Source: a virus. Taken from it: DNA of 64,000 bases. The translations under genes were made by a program, and so were the position numbers. The notes under the pieces are model-generated. The model had not been told where the DNA came from. It saw nothing but the letters and a program-made list of their open reading frames with translations, and ran no database searches. The stretch is taken from IMG/VR virus record IMGVR_UViG_3300036791_000458, positions 12,525 to 76,524 of that record; one strand, 5' to 3'. Shown here piece after piece: positions 31,960 to 41,659 of the stretch (its first letter is position 1; each line of letters begins with the position of its first letter).

Positions 31960-34952
31960 AGAACCTGTCTCAACTGAGGATAAGCAGTTTTCAATTGCAG
32001 GAAGGCAGCTTTCTCATCCACATCCCCGCGAATGTAAACCGTATCTGAATCCGGATCGTATGCACAGAATTTTTCGAAGCTGGAAAGGTCGCCTAGTTCC
32101 GGATGAACGAATTTGCCTTTCTCTATTTCCTTACTCATCCAAATAATTTTGGTCATTGAACGACCAAAGTTTTCAACTAGAACTGAACCATCACTCTGTA
32201 ACACGTAACGCTTCATCACGTGTCCCATAGTAACGCCCTTCGGCGCGATTCCCCATTTATTCTGGAAGTCAACTGCCTTTGTCAGAGCAGTACCTATATC
32301 AACGTTCAAACGATGAACTGGCATCGTAGTAGTTCCGTACTTTGACCTCACGTCATTCACGATAGTCGCAGCCCACCTGTGGTGACCATCAAGCACGTAA
32401 TTGTCTTTAGTCACAAATATAGGTGCTTCTGTTAACTTACCACTTTGAAGACTTGCAGCCATTCCGCTGACCTTCCAACCGTCTAACTCTCCTTGTGACG
32501 CTCGTAGATGTGACGCAAGAACGGTTTCATCTGTAGACGTGATTCCTTCGTCTTCAAGCGACCTGATAAATTGGGGGGCTAAATCAACGTATGCAGTCTT
32601 TAAATCCGCGCTCTTGGGCAGAAGTGCTGCGGCAAGTGAACCGGGCGCGGGTGAACCCGACAACTGTGGCATGTCTACTCTTGGAATACCCAAGTTATCT
32701 TGGGCGAATAGGTTGGTTCCCGGAACCGATACTGCCGCGAGATTCCAGTTGGGAACTGTCTTACCTGCGGCCTTTGCCGCATCACCTTCTGCCTTCATCT
32801 TCTCAACTAGTGTCGCGATTTCATCCGGTTGATCTAGGGTGACATGCTTACCTTCGCCTATTAGTCTCTGTGCTTTTTCTAAGTCCTTTCCACACGCAAT
32901 GGGATTCGAACGGGAACCGGGTTCGTGCGATGGCGCGTCATGAGATGCTGTGTAGTCTGGTACGCCACCTTTACCATTTGAACTTGAACTACTCTTACTT
33001 TCGCTTCCGCCTCCGCCGTTACTGGTGAACTGTCCGCCACCTGATTCTCCTGCTGGTACTCGCGCTTGATCCTCTGAGTACTTCAACAGTTCATAGCCAC
33101 CAGAGAAAGCAGAGTATAGTTCTAGTCCGCCTTCTACTTTCTCCTGCTTGTGTTTCACGTTGACGTTTACATTGACGTTTGCACCGGGTTGCTTCTGTTT
33201 ATTTCCCTGCTGTAACTGAGGTGGTTGCTTACCAGTCTTACCATTGTTCTGCTGATTTTTAGGGGAAGAGCCGCTAGCGCCGGATATCGCATCCTGATTC
33301 TTCCCCTTATCCGAGCCAGCCCCTTGTTGGTTTGGCCCAGAACTTGACTTACCGTTTCCTTTTCCGTCTTTGCCCTGTCCCGGTTCACCGGGTTTACCGA
33401 AACCACCACCACCAAACGGTGACGCGCCCGGTTGTGGAGGCGGTGTGTCCAACGGGATAAAGCCAGAAACTCCAAACACTCCGAGCTTATCTGCATTTGG
33501 GTCGGGATATGGATCATCACCACGTCTTTTTCTAGTTTCGTTTATAGTGTTGATTTTTCCGGTAAGCAATCCATCGATCTGTGCTTGCTTCAATGGATCA
33601 GTTTCTCTTTTGTCCTTGTGCGCGAATTCGTAGTCATCGCTTAACCCCATCTTCTTGATGATTTCGTTGTTGATGTCAACAACGAAGTTAAGCATTGGTT
33701 CTAGTCCTTCTTCATCAGCACTGTCTGACGCGACTTGAGCAGTCGCTCTATTCATCATTTTCTGGAACGCTTGAGACGATACACTAAACGCGTAACAAAC
33801 TATCTGAGCAAGCCATTCATCGATAGGGTCTTTGAGTAGTGCTTCTTTTGAGAAGACTACATTTGGGCGCGCATCAGTTGTACTCCCGCCATATCCGGGA
33901 AGGAAAGTTAAGCGACGACGCTTCGCGATATCGCCCACCATGATAGAATCGAACCACTCTTGAATCTCACGAATACGATTCGGTTGCAGAGACGCGGGTA
34001 GAAAACATAGTGCTTCCGGTATGTTTCCGTCCGAATAGTATTTGCTTATGAACTCCTGCCTTTTTAGTCCGATACCAATCGTGATTAGTATCTGCTCAAC
34101 TGGCGGATATCCGTAACGCCTATGTGTTCTTTCGTTCCTCATGACGTACAACATATCGTCGGTAGTCAAGTTACAAGCAGGGATTCCATAGACAACCTGT
34201 TGATACGCGACATCTGGTGAAGGCGGGGTCAAACCTTGATCGGTAATCACGCGTGAAACAGTTCCGCCATCGAGCGGATGGACTGACGCGATTTTCTTCT
34301 TTTTATCGCGCTCAAGATATAACGCTATCGCGTCAAGCACGAAGCAATCTTCCATCCATAGTCTTTGCCACTGTCTGTAGTTATGATAGCCATCTGGGCA
34401 CGCGAAAAAAGCAGTAAGTGCTTTTATGTTCTTGTCTTCTGCTGCAGCCTTTTCTCTAGTTGCGTTTGAGTCACCTGCCTTGGTCTTCAAACGAATTTCC
34501 CAAGGGACACGAGCTATTTGATCTTTGCGCGTCTCAATAACTAAGCGAAGTATGTCCCAAGAGTCTGCAAGTGTTCTGAGAATGTCGAAGTCAATCCCGC
34601 CCTTATCATCACCGGGAGTCCAAAGCATGTTCTCACCGGGTATGAACGCTCTCTGTCTTGGGCGATAGGTAGGAGGCGCAACGGGCCTCATGGGTTGAAG
34701 CGCGGAGAACCAATAGTTGTTCGCGATATCTTCAACTGTCTGACTACCGCCTGGCGCAAGTATCTCACCTAAACCAAGCATTTGAACGCTCTGAGGAACT
34801 TGAGTAGAAGGCGATGCTCCCAGTGCTCGCACCTGCGGGGTCAACCGCTGTTTGACAGCGTCTTTAAAATTACTCTTGCCTGCCATACTGTATCTCAATT
34901 CTTTTTTTGAAAGGGGTGAAAAGATCATGCCACCGAATCTTTCACCCCTCAT
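31956..34952 (-). CDS. portal protein fused to a C-terminal ParB/Srx-like domain
   Basis: N-terminal ~500 aa portal (IETRKDQI, YGYPPVEQI, YYSDGNIP, TINETR). After a low-complexity linker and KYSEDQAR come ASQGEL...PIFVTKDNYVLDGHHRWAA. The true start may be MAGKSN at 34886. Confidence 0.85.
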   Translation of the reverse strand: MRGERFGGMIFSPLSKKELRYSMAGKSNFKDAVKQRLTPQVRALGASPSTQVPQSVQMLGLGEILAPGGSQTVEDIANNYWFSALQPMRPVAPPTYRPRQRAFIPGENMLWTPGDDKGGIDFDILRTLADSWDILRLVIETRKDQIARVPWEIRLKTKAGDSNATREKAAAEDKNIKALTAFFACPDGYHNYRQWQRLWMEDCFVLDAIALYLERDKKKKIASVHPLDGGTVSRVITDQGLTPPSPDVAYQQVVYGIPACNLTTDDMLYVMRNERTHRRYGYPPVEQILITIGIGLKRQEFISKYYSDGNIPEALCFLPASLQPNRIREIQEWFDSIMVGDIAKRRRLTFLPGYGGSTTDARPNVVFSKEALLKDPIDEWLAQIVCYAFSVSSQAFQKMMNRATAQVASDSADEEGLEPMLNFVVDINNEIIKKMGLSDDYEFAHKDKRETDPLKQAQIDGLLTGKINTINETRKRRGDDPYPDPNADKLGVFGVSGFIPLDTPPPQPGASPFGGGGFGKPGEPGQGKDGKGNGKSSSGPNQQGAGSDKGKNQDAISGASGSSPKNQQNNGKTGKQPPQLQQGNKQKQPGANVNVNVNVKHKQEKVEGGLELYSAFSGGYELLKYSEDQARVPAGESGGGQFTSNGGGGSESKSSSSSNGKGGVPDYTASHDAPSHEPGSRSNPIACGKDLEKAQRLIGEGKHVTLDQPDEIATLVEKMKAEGDAAKAAGKTVPNWNLAAVSVPGTNLFAQDNLGIPRVDMPQLSGSPAPGSLAAALLPKSADLKTAYVDLAPQFIRSLEDEGITSTDETVLASHLRASQGELDGWKVSGMAASLQSGKLTEAPIFVTKDNYVLDGHHRWAATIVNDVRSKYGTTTMPVHRLNVDIGTALTKAVDFQNKWGIAPKGVTMGHVMKRYVLQSDGSVLVENFGRSMTKIIWMSKEIEKGKFVHPELGDLSSFEKFCAYDPDSDTVYIRGDVDEKAAFLQLKTAYPQLRQVL

Positions 34953-34978
34953 TCGATGCTACGTAAGGCAACCAACTC

Positions 34979-35224
34979 CTACACGGGAGAAAGACGTAGC
35001 ACGCGAAAGGTATCACCCGCGAATTTCAGTCCACTACCACCACCCACCAGTTGTAGCAGGAAGATGATAACACAAATTCCAGCGACGACCAGCAATACCA
35101 CCTTGCCAATTTTTTGGAATTCCGGTGGCAGCAGGGTGAGGATGTAAAACGCGACTGCAATCGCAATCACAAAAACCAGAAAGTAAATCAACATCGTTAC
35201 TATAGGCATCATAAGCAAAAGCAT
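34979..35224 (-). CDS. small two-TM membrane protein (holin-like?)
   Basis: Two hydrophobic helices, a GGAG RBS, and proximity to the endolysin. Confidence 0.5.
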   Translation of the reverse strand: MLLLMMPIVTMLIYFLVFVIAIAVAFYILTLLPPEFQKIGKVVLLVVAGICVIIFLLQLVGGGSGLKFAGDTFRVLRLSPV

Positions 35225-35246
35225 AATTTAGCTCCTTTTCTCCAAA

Positions 35247-35726
35247 TCAGTTAACCTTGATTTCTACCTTCGGCACTGGTTTTGTACCGTTGACAGTAGT
35301 CAAGGAAACTTGTTCTGGGGAACTTGTTGCCCAAGGTACATCTGGTACTTCAGGCCTTTGGACTGCCATAGGTTCGTGGAACACCTTCCACTTGTCAGTT
35401 GAAACAACTGGTGCTTCGGGCCAATTTGCGTGACATCTAGCACACGTGTGTAACAGTCGCTCAAAGATTGCGTCATATACTACTTCATGTTTCTTGCGAC
35501 ACCCACACGCGGGACACATCGCCTTATTCGACACTTTACGTATCGCAAAAAAGCGAATGTAGATTCGTATGTATACCGACAAGAACAAACGAGCGAACCA
35601 TAAGAACGGACTGAGCAAGAAAAGTAATACGGGCCACACGTATTCCCACACCTTCGCCCAGAATTCTTTTACGCGAAGCGTAAAAGGTATTGGCACTACG
35701 TAGTCATATCTTGAAGGGGGAATCAT
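35247..35726 (-). CDS. membrane-anchored zinc-ribbon protein
   Basis: Hydrophobic segment followed by CPACG...CARC. Confidence 0.5.
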   Translation of the reverse strand: MIPPSRYDYVVPIPFTLRVKEFWAKVWEYVWPVLLFLLSPFLWFARLFLSVYIRIYIRFFAIRKVSNKAMCPACGCRKKHEVVYDAIFERLLHTCARCHANWPEAPVVSTDKWKVFHEPMAVQRPEVPDVPWATSSPEQVSLTTVNGTKPVPKVEIKVN

Positions 35727-35735
35727 CTAGTTATT

Positions 35736-35987
35736 TTATCCTCGTCTCATGACCGGAACCATTTGTAGTACTGCGATTCCAGTCTGATCTACTACCTTCG
35801 CCCACTGATAGAAATTGGAATCAAACAAAACGATTGCAGACTTCCCTGTAACGGGAAACGCGTCATTGCTCTTTACCATCGTCTCTGCTTCAGTCCGGCT
35901 ACAATGATGGTGGTGAAGGCAATTAGGAAAGTCACCCGTCTCATTCCAACGTCGAACATCACGATGCCTTAGTTTACAGACTGACAT
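35736..35987 (-). CDS. hypothetical protein
   Basis: ORF in a tightly packed operon. Confidence 0.45.
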   Translation of the reverse strand: MSVCKLRHRDVRRWNETGDFPNCLHHHHCSRTEAETMVKSNDAFPVTGKSAIVLFDSNFYQWAKVVDQTGIAVLQMVPVMRRG

Positions 35988-36202
35988 TTTGGTTCTTCTG
36001 CGTCAACCAATTGTAGAAGTCGCCTACCTTCGTCTATAAGCTGTCGCATCTCCCCAATGGTAAGGTCATCGATTGGTTTGTGCGCGGCTTTTAGTTCTTT
36101 TGGAAACTCAAACTCAAAACCAAACTTGCGCTCTTGTTTGATGTATGCAAGAACAAGCATTAGCTCTGTTTTGACTTTCTGCCTTAGGTCAACATGCTTC
36201 AT
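35969..36202 (-). CDS. hypothetical protein
   Basis: ORF in a tightly packed operon with an ATGA-type overlap. Confidence 0.5.
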   Translation of the reverse strand: MKHVDLRQKVKTELMLVLAYIKQERKFGFEFEFPKELKAAHKPIDDLTIGEMRQLIDEGRRLLQLVDAEEPKCQSVN

Positions 36203-36387
36203 TTTATTTCAAGATAACCAGTATGCCCAATCGTTCCGGGTACGTACTCATCTTTGAACGTTTGATTGAGCAATTCTTTCAGTTCGTGTACCCACTCAAG
36301 AGGTGGAACTGTGGCACAGGTGATAGACATCTCTATCGCGTCAAATAGAACCGAAATTCTTTCTGCGCGTACTGGATCATTTGCCAT
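36199..36387 (-). CDS. hypothetical protein
   Basis: ORF in a tightly packed operon. Confidence 0.5.
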   Translation of the reverse strand: MANDPVRAERISVLFDAIEMSITCATVPPLEWVHELKELLNQTFKDEYVPGTIGHTGYLEIK

Positions 36388-36390
36388 GCT

Positions 36391-37035
36391 TCACTTCTTT
36401 AACGTGACACGTGAGGGTGTAACCGCGACTTTTGGTTTCTCTTCTTGTTCTTGTTCTTGTTCTTGTTGTTTAGTCGCGTTGACAATCTGATCGATGAAAT
36501 ACTGCTTGTCTACGTTCACACCGGGACATCTACTATCCCCGTACCCGACTCCCTGTCCTGCCTTTGGGTCATCCTTGTGGAGTCGCAAAGACTTTGGGTC
36601 AAGTTTAGAGTGACGTGTTAGAGATATTAGCGCGGAGATTGTATTGTCTCTGACAATGTCGCTTAATGGTTCAACGTTGTAGTCGCCTACCATCTCAACG
36701 CCATAGCTAATATCGTTCCCTGTCATAGTGTGTGAACCGGGACAAGTCAAAGGGGTGAACACCCAAATGCGATCAGCGATAAACAGATGTGGCCCACCAT
36801 TTAAGCGAAGCTGATCACGATAGTATTTCTCCATGTTCATCAACCGTTGCTCGACTGTCACCTCACCCGATGACCAATGGTCAATACCGGGATGAGATTC
36901 GGTGAAGCGCGGGATGAACGTATTGTGTAGCACAATAAACTCAGGTTTCCATCTGTAGTCTTCGAGACGAAGACTGCTGACGTATGCATCAAACTCTTCT
37001 GCATCAAATGAGCGATTAACTATTCCATACCACAT
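36391..37035 (-). CDS. N-acetylmuramoyl-L-alanine amidase (Amidase_2) endolysin
   Basis: IVLHNT, GPHLFI, N..SYGVEMVGDY and LHKD...CPG zinc-amidase motifs. Confidence 0.8.
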   Translation of the reverse strand: MWYGIVNRSFDAEEFDAYVSSLRLEDYRWKPEFIVLHNTFIPRFTESHPGIDHWSSGEVTVEQRLMNMEKYYRDQLRLNGGPHLFIADRIWVFTPLTCPGSHTMTGNDISYGVEMVGDYNVEPLSDIVRDNTISALISLTRHSKLDPKSLRLHKDDPKAGQGVGYGDSRCPGVNVDKQYFIDQIVNATKQQEQEQEQEEKPKVAVTPSRVTLKK

Positions 37036-37175
37036 GTTTTTATCCGGCTTTCTTAGACACGAATTCTTACATCGGCAACTTGCCAGTAGACTCTAAGAGT
37101 AGCTGGTTTACATCTGCTACATAGACGATTGCTTAAGTCACTAGTTAAGAGTCAAGAACTCGCAACTTATTGTTT

Positions 37176-39047
37176 TTAGTCTAGTGGCATTAGATCGCTT
37201 CCGACATAGACCGCGTTTCCAATACCAGTCGCGCCACACGCATTACACTTCCAACTGTTGTCTGCATACTGAGACAAGAATTTGTTCGGACATCTTGGGC
37301 AAACATCCGGCTGTTGCTTCGATGTCATGACCTTTCCCAAAGACTTGATACCAGTTTTACTTTGCAATTCTTCTTTGTTGGTTGCCATCTTCTCAATCCA
37401 TCCCCCGCTATCTTTCTGTAGATCAGATAGCTCTTTCTCACGATCTACTGAATTGATTATTTCGGTAGGGGTGAGACCGGACTTCCGCTCTTTCTCTTCT
37501 CTTGCTTTTTTGATCTTTTCCGCGTCCTGTCCCCACATCTCAATCAAGCCATGTAATCCACTTTTCGCGAAAGCGAGCATGATACCTTCTGCTCTATCTG
37601 GCGATTTAATGCCACGCGCTTTCGCGTCCGCCTTTGATTCGATCACTGTCTGGCCACGGGGATTCGGTTTCCAGCGAATAGTAGTCAACTGACCTTTTGC
37701 GACATCGTCATCTAGTCCATTGACATCTCCTGCTTCGAACCTCAAACGAAGTCCCCAGTACAATTCCGCTTTGAGTAAAAAGAAATGCTCTTTGTCTTCT
37801 GGCGACTCACCTACATTGACATCTGACACCGGATAACCTTCGTCCTCAAGATGACGCGCTAGGTAATAACCAATTCCTGCGGAATCCACATTGACGTTTT
37901 CAAGATAGTCTTTGTAGGGCATCAATCGCTGTATCAGTTCCCCTCGTGGGTCGGGATCGGGCCACGCTTCAAGTAGCATGATGTCGCTTTCCACTCGAAT
38001 ACACAAAGTGGTTTCGTCCTCACCCGGCCCTGCAACGTCTATACCTGCTGATGCTTTCGCTTTTCCATCTCGTAGTTTTGCCCAGACTTTTTCCCTGTCT
38101 ACTTCGCGATTCGATGCTTGATCTAGCCATGACAAGAATAAAAGCGAGTCTTCTGCTTGTTCCGGGAACTCGCCAAACACTCTTGACTGGACAAATGGAT
38201 TATTGATTCCAAGCGATCTAATCATCTGGTACACCCAGCGACGGGATATCAGATGAGGCACGGGTGAGATGTCCAACTCATCCGGGGTCATCTTGATTAG
38301 TTGCGTAGGAGTCAAACCTTGTAGATTGGGCGTGTCAAAGGCAGAGATGGTAATCTTCGCATCCCAGAATTCACGATCAGAGTGAAACGCGTTGTAGAAG
38401 TCACCGCCTACGATTGTAGGGTTACCTATAGCTAGCAATCGAACGTTACCGGATGCCATCAATCCTTCAATCGCTTTCCATATCTTCGGAACTACTCCGG
38501 GTGCTTCATCTAGGATGACTAAAATGTTCTTTGCGTGGAATCCTTGGAACTTAACGCCTTCGTCCTGATGTTCAATGTTAGTGGTAAATCCTAAGGCGTA
38601 GCGTTTTGGCCCTATCTTTAGCTGAGTCAGAATCGGTTTGGGAAACGGATACTTGCTTCTACCAACTGCTGCATGTATCTCTGCCCAAAGTAGTTTTTCT
38701 ACTTGGTTCTTCGTAGGCGCAGTAGTGATTACTATTGCTTCTTCCCATCTCGCGAGAAAATGTAGGGTAGCTAATGCAGCGATGAAAGTCTTCCCGGATG
38801 AATGGCATGCCTTGACTGCGGTCTTTCGCTTAGTGTCGATAGAACGAAGTATCTCTTCTTGCTTTTCCCACGGGATTGAATCTAACCAGACTTTGCTAAA
38901 CTGGACTGGATCAATAAGCGTTTCTCTGACCTTCTGAGATTGCTCTGCTGTAAGTTTGCTGGGATCAATCGTGGGCGTATTCAGGGAAGAAGGGGGCGGG
39001 TTGGTTGGGGTTAGTCTCGCTCTGACGTTCTCACTAGTGAAAGGCAA
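37176..39047 (-). CDS. terL: terminase large subunit
   Basis: Walker A ACHSSGKT, Walker B ILDEA, coupling motif IGNP, nuclease GIDVAGPGEDET and SPDRAE. Confidence 0.92.
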   Translation of the reverse strand: MPFTSENVRARLTPTNPPPSSLNTPTIDPSKLTAEQSQKVRETLIDPVQFSKVWLDSIPWEKQEEILRSIDTKRKTAVKACHSSGKTFIAALATLHFLARWEEAIVITTAPTKNQVEKLLWAEIHAAVGRSKYPFPKPILTQLKIGPKRYALGFTTNIEHQDEGVKFQGFHAKNILVILDEAPGVVPKIWKAIEGLMASGNVRLLAIGNPTIVGGDFYNAFHSDREFWDAKITISAFDTPNLQGLTPTQLIKMTPDELDISPVPHLISRRWVYQMIRSLGINNPFVQSRVFGEFPEQAEDSLLFLSWLDQASNREVDREKVWAKLRDGKAKASAGIDVAGPGEDETTLCIRVESDIMLLEAWPDPDPRGELIQRLMPYKDYLENVNVDSAGIGYYLARHLEDEGYPVSDVNVGESPEDKEHFFLLKAELYWGLRLRFEAGDVNGLDDDVAKGQLTTIRWKPNPRGQTVIESKADAKARGIKSPDRAEGIMLAFAKSGLHGLIEMWGQDAEKIKKAREEKERKSGLTPTEIINSVDREKELSDLQKDSGGWIEKMATNKEELQSKTGIKSLGKVMTSKQQPDVCPRCPNKFLSQYADNSWKCNACGATGIGNAVYVGSDLMPLD

Positions 39048-39053
39048 TTTATT

Positions 39054-39266
39054 TTAATCTCTCGCTAAGTCTTCCAATCTGACTTCACGTGAATATCCGA
39101 ACTTGTCTTTTAATATTATTGTGCCACCATCGTGAACGTGGGCGGCTAGAATTCCCCATGTGTTCATCGCCTTAAACGCCATGGCATCAAGCGCGCTCAT
39201 CTTCTCAAAGAGACGCGCATTGAAGTTGATCTTATCCGGGTCTGCTATAGTAACTACTGCTCTCAT
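39054..39266 (-). CDS. hypothetical protein
   Basis: 70 aa ORF with an AGGTGA RBS. Confidence 0.5.
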   Translation of the reverse strand: MRAVVTIADPDKINFNARLFEKMSALDAMAFKAMNTWGILAAHVHDGGTIILKDKFGYSREVRLEDLARD

Positions 39267-39274
39267 GACTTCAC

Positions 39275-40942
39275 CTATTCTTCCTGCTTGTGAGCATTCC
39301 TTGATGCTTGTTGAGCAACATATGATGCTCTTCTTTTCTCGCCCATCGATGAATCATCATTCGCGTGAATTTTTGCAGCATTCGCGTGAGCTTCTCCGGC
39401 AGATGCATGATTTTCCCAGTCTGCGCTTCTTCCAGCAGCATCATGTTCTCCACCTCTTGCATAGTGGTAGGCACTTGCTGCTTCGTGCTCCTTTTTAGTA
39501 GACGCGTTTTCTGCTTTACCACCACTTCCAGCAGGATATCTACCAGAACCCGGCCCACCTTTGAAGACTACTTCTTCCCTACCAGTCGATGCTTTGTAGA
39601 GAGTAGTCGCGTCTTGTGCTTTAAGCGAAGATTGTTCTTTGTCGCGAGCATCCCATGACGAATCATGCGCGACTCTTGACGCGACACGTGCCTTCTCACT
39701 CATCGAACCAAGTTCATCTTTTGAAGGCGTGTCCGCTCCAGTTTTCAAATGTGCCTTGTAGGCAGCGGCATGAAGATCGGCTGCATTTTGATGAGCATCA
39801 GCCGCGTCATTGTATGCTTTCATCCCAGTACGTTCTGCGATTTGCCGCGAACCACGTGCCATGATCTGATGGTGTTGCGCGGCATCAGCATGTGCTTTGG
39901 CGCTATCTGCGCCCAAGGCATTATGAATCACTCGTTCTCTCGCAGCTTCTCCCGCTGACGAACTACCACCACTTCCTGCGGGATACCTGCCGGAACCCGG
40001 CCCGCCCTTGGTCATTCCAGTCCCCAAGTTTTCAACCGGGATTCCGGCAGGAATGTTGTCTGCTCTCACGAATCGCTCAACATCGGACTTATATGGAATC
40101 GATGGATTCGTCCTCATGCCGTTGACGAAGTCTTTCACCAGACTACATTCTGACGCGTCCGGTGTTGACTGTGACATCTGTTGAATGAATGATCGCTCAG
40201 GTACTTTCCCATGCGCGAGCATACTTGCTTGACGAGCAAGAGATGAAGGCGGCTGGACTCCTTCTGAACCAAGTGATACCGCGTGCTCGTGCGCGTATGC
40301 CGCGTTAAAGTGCTTTTGCGCGTCCGAGTCTCTTCCTTCTGTTTGAAGTGTCGCGCCTACTCTTCGATGATACTTTCCTGCGCGTTTATGAGCATCAGTA
40401 GTTTGCGCGTTCTCTGATGCAATTTGATCTGCAAGGAAACTACCATTCTCCAAACGGGGCTGATCGGGCGCGTACTTGTTTACTTTGCCACCTGTTTGTT
40501 TAACGAATTGCTCAACGAAACTCATGTTACTCTCCCTTTTTCCCACCTCTCCGGGTTTAAGTTGCGTCGGTTCTTTTCTTGGCTTAACTAGAAAAGCATG
40601 AACTCCTATAGAAGAATTGTTTGCGTCAGTAGAAAGTCCCTCTCTGGTATGAGGATACTTTCCACCTTCTGTAATTACTCGCCTATGAAGTTCCGCTGCG
40701 TGCTCATGAGCGTTCTGTCTCTGTCTTTCCGCGGCGACCAAGTTAGGACGATTCGCGTACATGTTCGCTTCTCTATCATGATAGTTCGCAGCTTCCTCGT
40801 GTTCTGCATCAGTACTCGCGCTCGAACACTGCTTCATCTTCTCTTCGGTATCTTGCTCACACTCATCGAAGTGTTCATGATCAGGTCTCGCGTTACCCGT
40901 ATCGCCTCCGTACTGGTAAATGTAATTCTCAAGTAAGCTCAT
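39275..40942 (-). CDS. His/Ala-repeat protein with KGGPGSGRYPAGS and KYAPDQPR motifs (putative internal head protein)
   Basis: Four modules of H..AA..H..AA..H helical repeats; two identical KGGPGSGRYPAGSGG peptides. Confidence 0.65.
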   Translation of the reverse strand: MSLLENYIYQYGGDTGNARPDHEHFDECEQDTEEKMKQCSSASTDAEHEEAANYHDREANMYANRPNLVAAERQRQNAHEHAAELHRRVITEGGKYPHTREGLSTDANNSSIGVHAFLVKPRKEPTQLKPGEVGKRESNMSFVEQFVKQTGGKVNKYAPDQPRLENGSFLADQIASENAQTTDAHKRAGKYHRRVGATLQTEGRDSDAQKHFNAAYAHEHAVSLGSEGVQPPSSLARQASMLAHGKVPERSFIQQMSQSTPDASECSLVKDFVNGMRTNPSIPYKSDVERFVRADNIPAGIPVENLGTGMTKGGPGSGRYPAGSGGSSSAGEAARERVIHNALGADSAKAHADAAQHHQIMARGSRQIAERTGMKAYNDAADAHQNAADLHAAAYKAHLKTGADTPSKDELGSMSEKARVASRVAHDSSWDARDKEQSSLKAQDATTLYKASTGREEVVFKGGPGSGRYPAGSGGKAENASTKKEHEAASAYHYARGGEHDAAGRSADWENHASAGEAHANAAKIHANDDSSMGEKRRASYVAQQASRNAHKQEE

Positions 40943-40955
40943 CTACTTTTCTTTC

Positions 40956-41192
40956 TAAGCACGAACAAAATTTGATTTCTGAACCTAATTTTCTCCCCGG
41001 TGGAGATTTTCCAGTCGAAGACTACTTTTGACTAGTGCTTAGTGCAAAAAACAAAGTGCTTACTTACTTTTTGGACTAAGCACTAGTCTTTTTTCATTAT
41101 TCAACTACCCTGAATATGACTTTTCCCGTCCCCCGATAAACACATAAAATTTCCGAAAACTGACTAAGCACACTCGAAAATGGCATAAGCAC
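40956..41192. repeat. cluster of six TAAGCAC motifs, including a 21-bp inverted repeat
   Basis: TAAGCAC/GTGCTTA at 40956, 41035, 41056, 41077, 41165 and 41186. IR arms are 41030-41050 and 41068-41088 (one mismatch). Confidence 0.7.
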
Positions 41193-41218
41193 ATTTAAAA
41201 ATAGGAAAGCTAAGTGAT

Positions 41219-41569
41219 TTAAGTGATTTTCGACTGAGATTCATGATCGAATCCATTCGGTTTGGTGATACGAATTTCACCACTAGTTAAACGCTCATCG
41301 TTTTCTGTCACCTGCCTACTCAAACTCTTCAGAAAATCACTCGAACTCGTTTTTCCCCCCGACGAAGATTGATCGGAAGTAGAATTCGAATTGTGCTTTG
41401 GGGTTTTCAGTAGTTCGAGTGATAGCTTAAACGCGATTCGAATCGCGTCTAATATGCTATTTCCATATGTCCGGAAACAATGGTACTGCATCCAAAAGTG
41501 TCTGGGCAGGGAAAGGATACGCTTCCATAGTGGTCGCCTTTTCAGGATTACTTCTTTACCAGTATCCAT
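41219..41569 (-). CDS. hypothetical protein
   Basis: 116 aa ORF with an AGGA RBS. Confidence 0.45.
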   Translation of the reverse strand: MDTGKEVILKRRPLWKRILSLPRHFWMQYHCFRTYGNSILDAIRIAFKLSLELLKTPKHNSNSTSDQSSSGGKTSSSDFLKSLSRQVTENDERLTSGEIRITKPNGFDHESQSKIT

Positions 41570-41659
41570 TTAAGCATCCTCTGAGACAGTTTCCCACGTA
41601 TCCCAGTGTCAAAAACGTCTACGAACTCGTTAGAAGGGCAAGCAATTAGGTTTAAACTA

